Assembly: GCA_964016885.1 (NCBI GenBank)
Contig: OZ024744.1
Location: forward strand, 111,290,001 to 111,354,000
DNA from: Eledone cirrhosa
Lineage: Eukaryota
Length of the DNA: 64,000 nt
Direction: 5' to 3'
Of this stretch, positions 1-12,475 are shown one piece after another. The translations under genes and the position numbers were made by a program. The notes below the pieces were generated by a model. That model saw only the letters and a program-made list of their open reading frames with translations. It was not told the DNA's origin and ran no database searches. Numbering within the stretch: the stretch's first letter is position 1; every line of letters begins with the position of its first letter.

Positions 1-85
1 TTGAACTCAGATTGGAAAGGGCCGTAACTCTATGCATCAAAGCATGGCGTCCGAACCTCTACCGATACTGCCAATCCACCGCCCT
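1..85 (-). mobile_element. 5' head fragment of tRNA-derived SINE (family S1)
   Basis: Reverse complement reads GGCGGTGGATTGGCAGTATCGG (A-box-like) ... GAGTTCAA (B-box). Same sequence as 2223-2307. Confidence 0.75.
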
Positions 86-216
86 TATAGGTTCGGTTTG
101 TTTGTTTGTAAACAAACAAACAGCCCGGATTACGCCGTACATATACATATATATATATATATATTTATTATAAAAAATAAACAAAGAAGCCTTCAATACA
201 TCAAAAGTCTTTATTA

Positions 217-257
217 GCCGACAGTGTTTCGTCCCATTAATAGGGACTCATCAGAGC
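217..257 (-). ncRNA. Minimal type I hammerhead ribozyme motif (family H1)
   Basis: Minus strand: GCU CUGAUGA GUCCC-UAUUAAU-GGGAC GAAA C-ACU-G UC GGC, followed by AAUAAA. Canonical core and 5-bp stem II; stems I and III are short. Confidence 0.75.
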
Positions 258-929
258 AAGTAAAGAGACAAGAAGTATTAACGGCCAGAACAATCCAAAA
301 CTCAGAAGAACAGGGAATTTATATCTATGAAAACTTAGGAAAGACATCATGGAAAGACATGCTAAAGCTAAAAGTGTGCATTTGAAAATATAGACTATAG
401 GGCAAGAGAGCGAGTAATATGTCAAACCCACGTTGAAAGTACAGTATAAGACAAATACATGAAACACAACATGGTAATACAATGTGAGAATTATAATATG
501 ATATAGAATACAATATAATGGATAATAAGAAATAAAAAGCCTAATATATATATATATATAAATCCATATATATACACATTTACACAAACACATACTAACA
601 CTTATTTAAATATTTAAATATAAATATACTCGTTATAATGTAATAATCATTATAATAGAATAATCACCCTGACGGTGTGCATAAACTATACCAAAAACAA
701 TGGAATAATATACGGACATTAAAAAATATATAAAACTACATCATACGTATCATTTAAGGTCAACAAATTGTATATAAAGTTTTACACAGGGTAAGAAAAA
801 ATATCAAATAAAAATAAAGTATGGTGAAAAAATATATATAAATATATATAATATTGACAATAAATATACAGAGGTATAGGCAGTTCAAATTCATAAAATA
901 TTACAATATATATATATATATATATATTT

Positions 930-993
<64 letters not shown>

Positions 994-1002
994 ATATATA
1001 TA

Positions 1003-1677
1003 TATTGTTATATTTGGGGAGGGTCATATTTGCGTAATATTGCCAGAATTAATAACAGAACACACTCACTGTTTGGTTGGTTTTCGCTTCTCGCTGTCTT
1101 TTATATATATATATCTGCGATCTAACTTACTCGGTCCTCAATGTTGCCATTGACTGACCGGCGGTCAAAAATAATACAGATACAATATAGACAAACACAT
1201 ATATATATAGTTTACATAATTTACATAAATCTTTCGTTGCACATCTGCAAAATCGTCAGTGGTGTTATATTCATTGTTCCTCCTGTTGTGTTGTATGTCT
1301 ACGCCATTTTTTTGTTCAGTCTGTCTATATATTTATTTATTTATTTGCTTGTTTGTTTATCTTATTTTATTTTGTCTTCTTTGCGCATGCGTTTGCGTGT
1401 GTGTATAGTGTTATGTGTGATGTGTGACTAGTGTGTATAGTGTTGTGTCTGCTGGGTGACTAGTGTGTGTTTATGTGCTTGTGTATGTATTTATTTATCT
1501 TATTTTATTTTTGACCGCCGGTCAGTCAATGGCAACATTGAGGACCGAGTAAGTTAGATCGCAGATATATATATATAAAAGACAGCGAGAAGCGAAAACC
1601 AACCAAACAGTGAGTGTGTTCTGTTATTAATTCTGGCAATATTACGCAAATATGACCCTCCCCAAATATAACAATAT
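1003..1677. repeat. Inverted repeat, ~172-bp identical arms (1003-1174 / 1506-1677), related to Penelope 3' ends at 36601-37100 and 43143-43530
   Basis: ATTGTTATATTTGGGGAGGGTCAT...CGGCGGTCAAAAATAA is the reverse complement of 1506-1677. Confidence 0.85.
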
Positions 1678-1780
1678 CTGTTTCGACACACGATTTCATA
1701 TAAAAAACCTCGCAAAACTAATTCATCGCCGCTATATATATATATATATATGGATATATATATATATGAATATATATATG

Positions 1781-1811
<31 letters not shown>

Positions 1812-1874
1812 GTAAATATATATATGTATATATATATATGTAAATATATATATATATATATACATGTATATATG

Positions 1875-1937
<63 letters not shown>

Positions 1938-1940
<3 letters not shown>

Positions 1941-2173
1941 AAGTACCAGTAATGCACTGGGTGATTGCTGGCCTTGTGCCTAAAGTAGAAACAATTATAA
2001 TAAATGTTCGGTAAACCCATATGTACATATATATGTGTGTGCATGTATGTATATATATACATACATACATGCACACACATATATATGTACATATGGGTTT
2101 ACCGAACATTTATTATAATTGTTTCTACTTTAGGCACAAGGCCAGCAATCACCTACTGCATTACTGGTACTTT
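1938..2173. repeat. Near-perfect palindrome (SINE tail plus H2-repeat piece folded back on an AT centre)
   Basis: TAAAGTACCAGTAATGCA...CCCATATGTAC mirrors GTACATATGGG...TGCATTACTGGTACTTTA. Confidence 0.85.
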
Positions 2174-2307
2174 ATTTTATCGACCCCGTAAGGATGAAAG
2201 GCAAAGTTAACCTCGGCGGAATTTGAACTCAGATTGGAAAGGGCCGTAACTCTATGCATCAAAGCATGGCGTCCGAACCTCTACCGATACTGCCAATCCA
2301 CCGCCCT
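2115..2307 (-). mobile_element. Full-length tRNA-derived SINE (family S1)
   Basis: A/B boxes, central GCCTTTCATCCTTACGGGGTCGATAAAAT domain, 3' tail GGCCTTGTGCCTAAAGTAGAAACAATTAT. At least 8 copies or fragments occur in the window. Confidence 0.8.
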
Positions 2308-2311
2308 TGTA

Positions 2312-2806
2312 GGTTCGGTTTGTTTGTTTGTAAACAAACAAACAGCCCGGATTACGCCGTACAGTGTTCAGGCAACCATCGTCGCCCTTTTGTTCAACAC
2401 TGACACAGGAACGCTGTACTAGTTTCAAGCTTATTAGCTATCGTCAGCATGATACACCTTCCTGCCAAATAATTGAACGTCTGAAAGTATATACTTTCCT
2501 TATGCATATTAACGGCTGAGCAGCCTAATTTGCATATCGATGAGTTAGTCGGCCAGGCGCATCGAAAACGATAAATGGAGAAGAATGAAACGAAATTTCA
2601 TTTGTTTACAAACAAACAAACCGAACATTATAATAAATGTTCGGTAAACCCATATGTACATATATATGTGTGCATGTATGTATATATATACATACTACTG
2701 TACGTCTGTATACATATATGTATGTACATATACATATATACTTACATTTAAGTATCAGCCGTACTAAGAGTGAGAATTGAAATTTCGTTTCATTCTTTTC
2801 CATTTA
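2312..2806. repeat. Rearranged copy of the 432-nt hammerhead-containing repeat (H2 family)
   Basis: 2312-2603 is the reverse complement of ~55530-55810. 2604-2806 matches ~55790-55930 joined directly to ~55497-55560. Confidence 0.8.
2411..2452 (-). ncRNA. Type I hammerhead motif, degenerate stem I (family H2)
   Basis: Minus: AUG CUGACGA UAGCU-AAUA-AGCUU GAAA CUAG UA CAGCGU. Confidence 0.55.
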
Positions 2807-2901
2807 TATATATACATATATATATATATACATATATACATATATACATATACATATATACATATATACATACATAAATATATATATATATACATATATA
2901 C

Positions 2902-2952
<51 letters not shown>

Positions 2953-3107
2953 TTTATATACATACATATACATACATATATATATATATACATACATAAA
3001 TATATATATATATACATACATACACACATACATATACATATATATATACACATATATACATATATACACACATATACGCATACATACCAATACACACACA
3101 CATACTT

Positions 3108-3152
<45 letters not shown>

Positions 3153-3216
3153 CATATATATACACGTACATACACACACATATTATATATTTACACACAT
3201 ATATATATATTCACAT

Positions 3217-3248
<32 letters not shown>

Positions 3249-3660
3249 TGTAATAATGATAAATGTGATGACTAAAATCCAAAGAGGGTTCGATAAGGAT
3301 AAATATATATCAAATATATAAGAACCGTAGAGCAAATATTTATTAAAATAACAGATTAAAGTTTAATCAAATAATCGCTGCTTTTGCCATTAACGGGATC
3401 TTCTGAAACTAAAAAATCAATCTGTGAACGCAGAAGTAAATATTTCGAAAAATATTGCAACCGAAGGAAAACAGGAAGACGATACTTTGGTTCGGAGAAA
3501 CGTTCCCTGGTAATGAACGGAAAAAAGCGAAGATAATACGTCGTTCTTTGCCCGTGAGAACAATTACACGCAGAGACAAAACCACGTTTATGGTATAAAT
3601 GAAATCGTAGACTAAAATTCTATTTAGGAAACCGAATGATTCTCAGCTTCAGAGTTAAGA

Positions 3661-3826
3661 ATAATTGTTTCTACTTTTGGCACAAGGCCAGCAATTACCC
3701 AGTGCATTACTGATACTTTATTTTATCGACGCCGAACCTCGGCGGGATTTGAACTCAGATCATACAGGGAGGTAACTCTATGTTTCAAAGCATAGCATCC
3801 GACCCTCTACCGATACTGCCAATCCA
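3661..3826 (-). mobile_element. SINE S1 copy with internal deletion
   Basis: Matches 2115-2300. Confidence 0.75.
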
Positions 3827-4431
3827 AGAATAATGTAAATAAATTAGTAGAACGAAAACGACAGGTTATTGAAATCAACAATAATTAAATATATACACGC
3901 ATCCATATACGTACATACACGTGCATACGCAGACACAACCGCCATGCATACATACACATGCACGTACACATAAACACGCGCACACATACATAAACCCGCG
4001 CGACACATGTACCCGCACACATACGAACGTATACACCAAATACACAAAATAATATATATGTCTGTTTGTGTGCGTATACATATAATTATATAAACGTATA
4101 TAAATATACACACATAAATACGTATATAGCGCACGCACACACATGCCTACAGGTAAAAGCACTTATGTTCACCAAACGTACGTCAATCAAAACACAAAGT
4201 ACACATATACACACCTTACATACGTGCAAACACGCATGTACACACAAACACAAAATACACATATATACATAACCATATACACATATACCAGTATATATAA
4301 TATAATATATACACTTATAACAAATACAAGCATATATACATACGAGAAAGTATACGTACCCTCACAAACATACTCGTAAGATATACTTACCTATACAAAT
4401 AAGTAATGGTATAAACATAAAATATACATAG

Positions 4432-5160
4432 CTACCACATCAAGACGTAAATTATCCGCGTATTGTTCGTACTATCCGTTAGGGTATATGTGGGGCTGTA
4501 ATACAGGAAAGTTTTATGCAATTTGTGTTTACAAGCCGAAATTGCCTCAGATTTTTTGTTTAAGATGTGGTCTGTGGAGTAGAGTATTTGCAGGGCTTCA
4601 GCGACGCAAAGATCGTATGGTCTTTTATTTCCGTTATACGATCTAGCTTTAGCTAGGATCTCCCAGTGTAACCTATATTGGGTGTGGTTGTCTTTTAGAC
4701 TCCAGATATAAGCTGGAAGTGACGTCATATTCATTCTTAAAGGGTTGAGAAAAGAGTGGGTGTGCATGTAAAGACGCTGCTTGAATCTATTGGCGGTTAA
4801 CCATATGTAGGCCCTACGGGACGTGGGTGTTTTGACCTTACATTTGTAGACAATGTTACTGGAGAGGCATTTCCAGGGTGGAGGGCAGTTAACCCGATTC
4901 CTACAATTACAGTTAGTACTAGCTACCGGGTTGCACGTGTTCATACGGCTAGGTAATTTAGCTAAATTTGAAGCAGTGATGTCATGTACAAAGTTAGGGG
5001 TCGCAGAGTAGGATATTTTAATGGTATTTCTATTAAAAATGTTATTATGTTTATGTGCTGAGGGGAAATGCTTCTTAATAAGGGTGAGAAAGATCTTTAG
5101 TTAATGGTGTGGCCACCACCATATTATATGGTGGGTTATACCATATAACGTGGTTTTGTC
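4432..5160 (-). pseudogene. Penelope-like linker plus GIY-YIG endonuclease, degenerate
   Basis: CNCRNRVNCPPPWKC, IVYKC...YIWLT (GIY-YIG-like), DLCVAEAL...LNKKSEAISACKH. The upstream linker carries WYNPPY and IFNRNTIKISYS. Confidence 0.8.
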
Positions 5161-5441
5161 TTTGTGTGTATTTGTTCTCAGCGGTCTACATAACGACGTA
5201 TTATGTTCGCTTTTTTCCGTTCATTGCCAAGGAACGTCCTCACGAACCAAAGTATCCTCTTCCACCTTTCCTTCGGTTGTAATGTTTTTCGAAATGTTTA
5301 CTTCTGCGTTCACAGATTGATTTTTTTAGTTTCAGAAGATCCCGTTGAGGGTGAAAGCACCGATTCTTTGCTTAAACTTTAATCTGTAATTTTAATTTAA
5401 AAAAATATATATATATATATATAAATATATATATATTTTAT

Positions 5442-6341
<900 letters not shown>

Positions 6342-6423
6342 CATATATACACATACATATATACACATGCATATATACACATACATATATACACATACAT
6401 ATATACATATACATATAGAATGA

Positions 6424-8646
6424 AAATACGGACAGTGTCAACAAGCACATCCAACTCCTTCTCACTCTTGCCCAAGAGCTTAAGATCGTCCATGAAGAGG
6501 AGGTGATTGATGGTAAGCTCTCCCTTTCCCAACTTGTATCCTGCTCTCACTTTTCGCAGTATAATGGTCAGGGGGATCAGAGCAAGGACAAACAACAGAG
6601 GGGACAAACTATCTCCATGGAAGATACCTCTCTTGATCTTCACGCCTCCCAAGGATTCTCCAGCCGTTGATAAATCTGTTTTCCAGGACTTCATACTTTT
6701 ACTCAACAACTGTCTGATGTTATCTGCCACCTTGAAGATCTCTAGGCTTTTGGTTATCCAAGAATGAGGTACCATGTCGAATGCCTTTTTGTAGTCTATC
6801 CATCCCATGGCAAGACCAGTGTGTCTCCTCCTGCAATTCCTCATTACCATCTTATCAATAAGTAACTGGTCCTTTGTACCACGGGACTTCTTTCGGCATC
6901 CTTTCTGTTCGTCCGGTTACAAGTTGTTTATGTGGAGGTGATGGTAGATTTCCTCAGACACAATGCTTGTTAACAGTTTCCACATTACGGACAGACATGT
7001 AATGGGTCTATAGTTGGTAACATCATTACTCTTGATTCGGTCTTTCATTACCAGAACTGTGGTACTTTTTGTCAACCACTCTGGTACCTCACCTGACATC
7101 AAGCAGTCATTGAACATGGTTGTCAGTTTCGGGTGGAGGGATGTTATATTTTTAATCCAATACCCCTGCACACCATCTGGGCCTGGTGATTTCCAGTTGG
7201 TTAGTTTTTTGGCCTGCCCCTTAAGAGTTTCAACAGTGATACTCAAATCAGTTTGTTGGTGTGCCTGTTCACTAATCTCCTTTTGTACTGTCTCAATCCA
7301 CACTGCCTGATCATTATGTTTAACATCCTGCTCCCATATTCCTCTCCAGAATGTCTTAGTTTGTTCCGCCTCAGGGATCAAGTTGTTGCCTCTTTCTTTC
7401 CCTTCAAGCTGTCCAAACAACATCTTCTGGTTGTTGTCAAACATGCGGCTCTGTCTATACTGACTGACTCTGCTCTCGTATCGCCTAATCTTTGCGCTCT
7501 TTGCTACAATGCGTTGCTTCAGTTCCTCTATGATAATATTTAACTTTTTCCTCCTAGTTTTGTACTTTATTTCCAGTCTATTTTTAGTACCTATGTTTTT
7601 TAGTGTCCCATTCAGTAGGGACTCAAGCTTTCCAATGTCATTTCTCATTTTCCTGATTTGACCATTCAGTCGTTTCTTCCACCAAGGTTCTGATCTTTCT
7701 TGTTTGTTGTTTCCTCTCGCTTTTATGCCAAGTAATTTCCTCACCGCATTGCTGTTGCTTTGAGGATATTGTTGCACTGGTGAAGGTTCCTCGCCTCAAG
7801 GTATGGGATGACTTTGTTTACCTTAGCTGTTGTTTCTTTTAACTTTTTCCTATCTACAAATCTTAGGTTCATAGGTTTTCCACTATCATTGTTCATTTTA
7901 TCTACCACTAAGTTTAGGATATCAACCAAATCTTGTTCTAGCCCGTTAGCATTCATTTCCTCAATGGCCGTATCTTTGTTCCAGGTATTATTTATTTCAG
8001 CATTCAGATCATTGTCTGCTTCGGATGCTTCCTCCGTTCTCTCAACCTCTTCACCTTCATTTCCCACTGGCTCGTTTGCCTGGCATACTCCACTCTCCAT
8101 TTCCAACCTAATCTCTCTGCTCAGTTCCTCCAGTTCCAGCTCGCTTATCCACCCATTAGTTCTTATTACCCGAGCCTTCCCGGCCAATTTTTGTTCATCT
8201 AATTTAAATAGACCAATCTCGTTCCAGATGTTATGCATCCGTTTCCTATAGCCTTTTTCCTTGGGGTTACTCTTCAGGTAACATTGCATAACAGTTCTAT
8301 TCAATTCTTTCGTCCAGTTGGTTCTGGTCCCTTTCTTTCTTCTTCTTCCTCCAACACCAGCAGTATTTGGATGACAGCCAGGTCCCTGCTGCTGGGCCAG
8401 GGAGCACCTGCTGGGTGAGAGTCTGTCATATGACATTCCAGTCTCCACTTCACCGTTTTTCGAACTTTTAAACACTCATATCGAGGATTGGTGAATGTAT
8501 GGTTACATAACCACCGGCGATTTCATCACCCCGATGATTTCAGCGTGGCACTATCACGCTGTAGACGAACATAAATAAATAAACAAATAAATAGGTAAAA
8601 ACTTTAAAAAATAAGCATAAATTTCATTGTAATGTAATGTTTGAAT
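6424..8646 (-). mobile_element. R4/Dong LINE copy A: 5' UTR, N-terminus and RT, 3' half missing, frameshifted
   Basis: ORF pieces 7741-8475, 6917-7777 and 6335-6850 align to the 12580-15972 protein (SPGPDG, YRPITCL, GDSLSP, FMDDLKL). Confidence 0.9.
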
Positions 8647-9876
8647 TATTATTATTATTACTATTATTATTATTATTATTATTATTATTGTTGTTGTTGT
8701 AATTCCTTGAATCTCAGTCATTGATGTTGGTTAACTGGAAAGTCCGTTGGATTGAATATCAAGCCACTACCTGCAGCCTCAGATATTCAGGACGTATCGG
8801 AGGGTTCTTGCTGTTCCAAGCAAGCATGCCTTTTGAAGCGTTCCAAAAAGCGTGAAGGGGCCGATTTTCTTTAACCATCCCTGGAAACTTTTGGAGATAG
8901 TCCCCAGTGCGCCTATGACAATCGGGATCACTTTGACTTCATGGCAGTTCCAAATCATTTTCACCTCCCACTTTAGGTCCTGGTATCGGTTAATTTTCTC
9001 CCTCTCCTTCTCTTGCACTCTCGTGTCGAACGGGCAGGCCACATCCACAATCAGACACGTTCTTTTTTCTTTGTCCACAACCACCAGGTCAGGTCTATTG
9101 TGTTCCAGTTTCTTGTCCGTCTGTATCCTAAAATCCCACAGCACCTTCACCTGACTGTTCTCCATCACCGACTCTGGCTTATGCTCATACCATTTCTCAG
9201 AATGTGGTAGATTGTTTACTTTGCACAGGTGCCAGTGGATCACCCTGCCCATCACATCGTGTCTCCAGCCCTTATAGTGGGTCTGGGCTAGGTGTTTACA
9301 CTCGGACACAATGTGAGCCACAGTCTCCTCTCTCTCTCCACAGATCCTGCACAGTGGGCTAGCCTCCTCCTTGTAGATATGGTGCTTCAACCACTTCGTT
9401 TTGAGGGCCTGCTCCTGCGCAGCCATTAGCATTCCTTCTGTAGCCTTTTTGAGGTCTCCTCTTCTCAACCAGTTCCATGTCTGTGGATCTCTAAATTCAG
9501 TTTTCTCAAAGAAGGTACTATGAAGGGATTTTCCCTTAAGGCTGCTCTTCCTCCTTGGACATCCCCTGGCCTACTGTCCCCTCCTTCAGTACAGTTCTGA
9601 GCATTGGCTCCTTACTATAGGTCACGTATTTGTATAGGTTGTTTTTCTCCATCTGAACACAGTCCTCTATGCTGATAAGACCTCTTCCACCCTCAGATCT
9701 CCTTAGGTAGAGTCTATCGACATCACTCCTCTTGTGGAACACGTTGTAGATAGTCAATAGCTTCCTAGTCTTCCTATCCATTGCTTTTTGTTCAGCAACA
9801 TTCCATCTCAGAATTCCCGCACTGTACCTAATAATAGACACAGCTCGGGAATTTACTGCGCTTATGGCATTTCTGC
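8647..9876 (-). mobile_element. R4/Dong LINE copy B, 5'-truncated, (TAA)n tail, 17-bp frameshifting deletion
   Basis: CCHC and RLE domain in ORF 8779-9468. The deletion lies between TTCCTCCTTG direct repeats near 9550. Confidence 0.9.
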
Positions 9877-9914
<38 letters not shown>

Positions 9915-11291
9915 TTTGAGTGTCAGTCATTGATGTTAGTTAACTGGAAAGTTTGTTGAAATGAATATCAAGCCACTACCTGTAGCCTCAGATATTCAGG
10001 ACGTATCGGAGAGTTCTTGCTGTTCCCAGCAAACATGCCTTTTGAAGTGTTCCAAAAAGCGGGGCGGGGCCAATTTTCTTTAACCATCCCTGGAAACTTT
10101 TTGAGATAGTACCTAGTGCGCCTATGACAATCGAGACCACTTTGACTTCATGGCAGTTCCAATTCCTTTTTACCTCCCACTTTAAGTCCTGGTATCGGTT
10201 AATTTTCTCCCTCTCCTTCTCTTGCACTCTCGTGTCGAATGGGCAGGCCACATCCACAATCAGGCACAATCTTTTTTCCTTGTCCAAAACCACCAGGTCA
10301 GGTCTATTGTGTTCCAGTTTCTTGTCCGTCTGTGTCCTAAAATCCCATAGAACCTTCACCTGATCGTTTTCTATCACCGACTCTGGCTTATGCTCATACC
10401 ACTTCTCAGAATGTGGTAAATTGTTTACTTTGCATAGGTACCAGTGGATCACCCTGCCCATCATGTCTCCAGCCCTTATAGTGAGTCTGGGCTAGGTGTT
10501 TACACTCGGATACAATGTGAGCCACAGTCTCCTCTCTCTAGCCACAGATCCTGCACAGTGAGCTAGCCTCCTCCTTGTCAATATGGTGTTTCAACCACTT
10601 CGTTTTGAGGGCCTGCTCTTGCGCAGCCATTAGCATTCCTTCTGTAGCCTTTTTAAGGTCTCCTCTTCTGAACCAGTTCCATGTCTGTGGATCTCTGAAT
10701 TCCGTTTTCTCAAATAAGGTACTATGAAGGGATTTTTCATGAAGGTTGCTCTTTCTCCTCGTTGTTATTTCCTCCTTGGACATCCCCTGGTCTATTGTCT
10801 TCTCCTTCAGTACAATTCTGAGCATTGGCTCCTTACTATCAGCCATGTATTTGTGCACGTTGTTTTTCTCCACCTGAACACAGTCCTCTATGCTGATAAG
10901 ACCTCTTCCACCTTCAGCTCTCCTTAGGTAGAGTCTATCGACACCACTCCTCTTGTGGAACATGTTGTAGATAGTCAATAGCTTCCTAGTCTTCCTATCC
11001 ATTTCTTTTTGTTCAGCAACATTCCATCTCAGAATTCCCGCACTGTACCTAATAATAGACACAGCTCGGGAATTTACTGCACTTATGGCATTCCTACTGT
11101 TCAGATGTGACTTTAATACGCTCCTTACTCTCCGAATGTATTCAGATCTTATCAATTCCTTCATTTTTTTGTTCTTGATGTCATCAACCTCCAGAATACC
11201 CAAATACTTGTATCCTTCTTCAGTGTCAATTTCCTTTATCATCTCACCTGTTGGTACCTGGACTCCGTTGCTTCTGCTCAATTTACTCCTC

Positions 11292-11292
<1 letters not shown>
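9877..11292 (-). mobile_element. R4/Dong LINE copy C, 5'-truncated, diverged subfamily, (TAA)n tail
   Basis: ORFs 10538-11281 and 9988-10464, with many substitutions relative to copies B, D and E. Confidence 0.9.
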
Positions 11293-11323
<31 letters not shown>

Positions 11324-12437
11324 GTTATTGTTATTCCTTGAATCTCAGTCATTGATGTTGGTTAACTGGAAAGTCCGTTGGATTGAATATCAAGCCACTA
11401 CCTGCAGCCTCAGATATTCAGGACGTATCGGAGGGTTCTTGCTGTTCCAAGCAAGCATGCCTTTTGAAGCGTTCCAAAAAGCGTGAAGGGGCCGATTTTC
11501 TTTAACCATCCCTGGAAACTTTTGGAGATAGTCCCCAGTGCGCCTATGACAATCGGGATCACTTTGACTTCATGGCAGTTCCAAATCCTTTTCACCTCCC
11601 ACTTTAGGTCCTGGTATCGGTTAATTTTCTCCCTCTCCTTCTCTTGCACTCTCGTGTCGAACGGGCAGGCCACATCCACAATCAGGCACGATCTTTTTTC
11701 TTTGTCCACAACCACCAGGTCAGGTCTATTGTGTTCCAGTTTTTTGTCCGTCTGTATCCTAAAATCCCACAGCACCTTCACCTGACTGTTCTCCATCACC
11801 GACTCTGGCTTATGCTCATACCATTTCTCAGAATGTGGTAGATTGTTTACTTTGCACAGGTGCCAGTGGATCACCCTGCCCATCACATCGTGTCTCCAGC
11901 CCTTATAGTGGGTCTGGGCTAGGTGTTTACACTCGGACACAATGTGAGCCACAGTCTCCTCTCTCTCTCCACAGATCCTGCACAGTGGGCTAGCCTCCTC
12001 CTTGTAGATATGGTGCTTCAACCACTTCGTTTTGAGGGCCTGCTCCTGCGCAGCCATTAGCATTCCTTCTGTAGCCTTTTTGAGGTCTCCTCTTCTCAAC
12101 CAGTTCCATGTCTGTGGATCTCTAAATTCAGTTTTCTCAAAGAAGGTACTATGAAGGGATTTTCCCTTAAGGCTGCTCTTCCTCCTTGATGTTATTTCCT
12201 CCTTGGACATCCCCTGGCCTACTGTCCCCTCCTTCAGTACAGTTCTGAGCATTGGCTCCTTACTATAGGTCACGTATTTGTATAGGTTGTTTTTCTCCAT
12301 CTGAACACAGTCCTCTATGCTGATAAGACCTCTTCCACCCTCAGATCTCCTTAGGTAGAGTCTATCGACATCACTCCTCTTGTGGAACATGTTGTAGATA
12401 GTCAATAGCTTCCTAGTCTTCCTATCCATTTCTTTTT
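11293..12437 (-). mobile_element. R4/Dong LINE copy D, 5'-truncated, (TAA)n tail
   Basis: ORF 11410-12429 is nearly identical to copy B and to the C-terminus of copy E. Confidence 0.9.
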
Positions 12438-12475
12438 ATTGCACACATCTTTCGCCTCTGGCCTATGCTCATACC

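Larger units (their letters stand above)
3262..5390 (-). mobile_element. 5'-truncated Penelope-like element with diverged inverted terminal copy (~3355-3545 / ~5190-5388), interrupted by a SINE
   Basis: GIY-YIG-type coding remnant at 4432-5160. The terminal sequence recurs at 36385-36520 and 61580-62080. Confidence 0.65.

Noticed and set aside
5330-5370. CAGAAGA-TCCC-GTT(A/G)A-GGGT-GAAA motif in a Penelope terminal repeat (also ~3390, 61620, 61935) as a hammerhead
   Set aside because: The core has A instead of U4, the first stem II pair is U-U, and stems I and III cannot be formed. At most a distant derivative.
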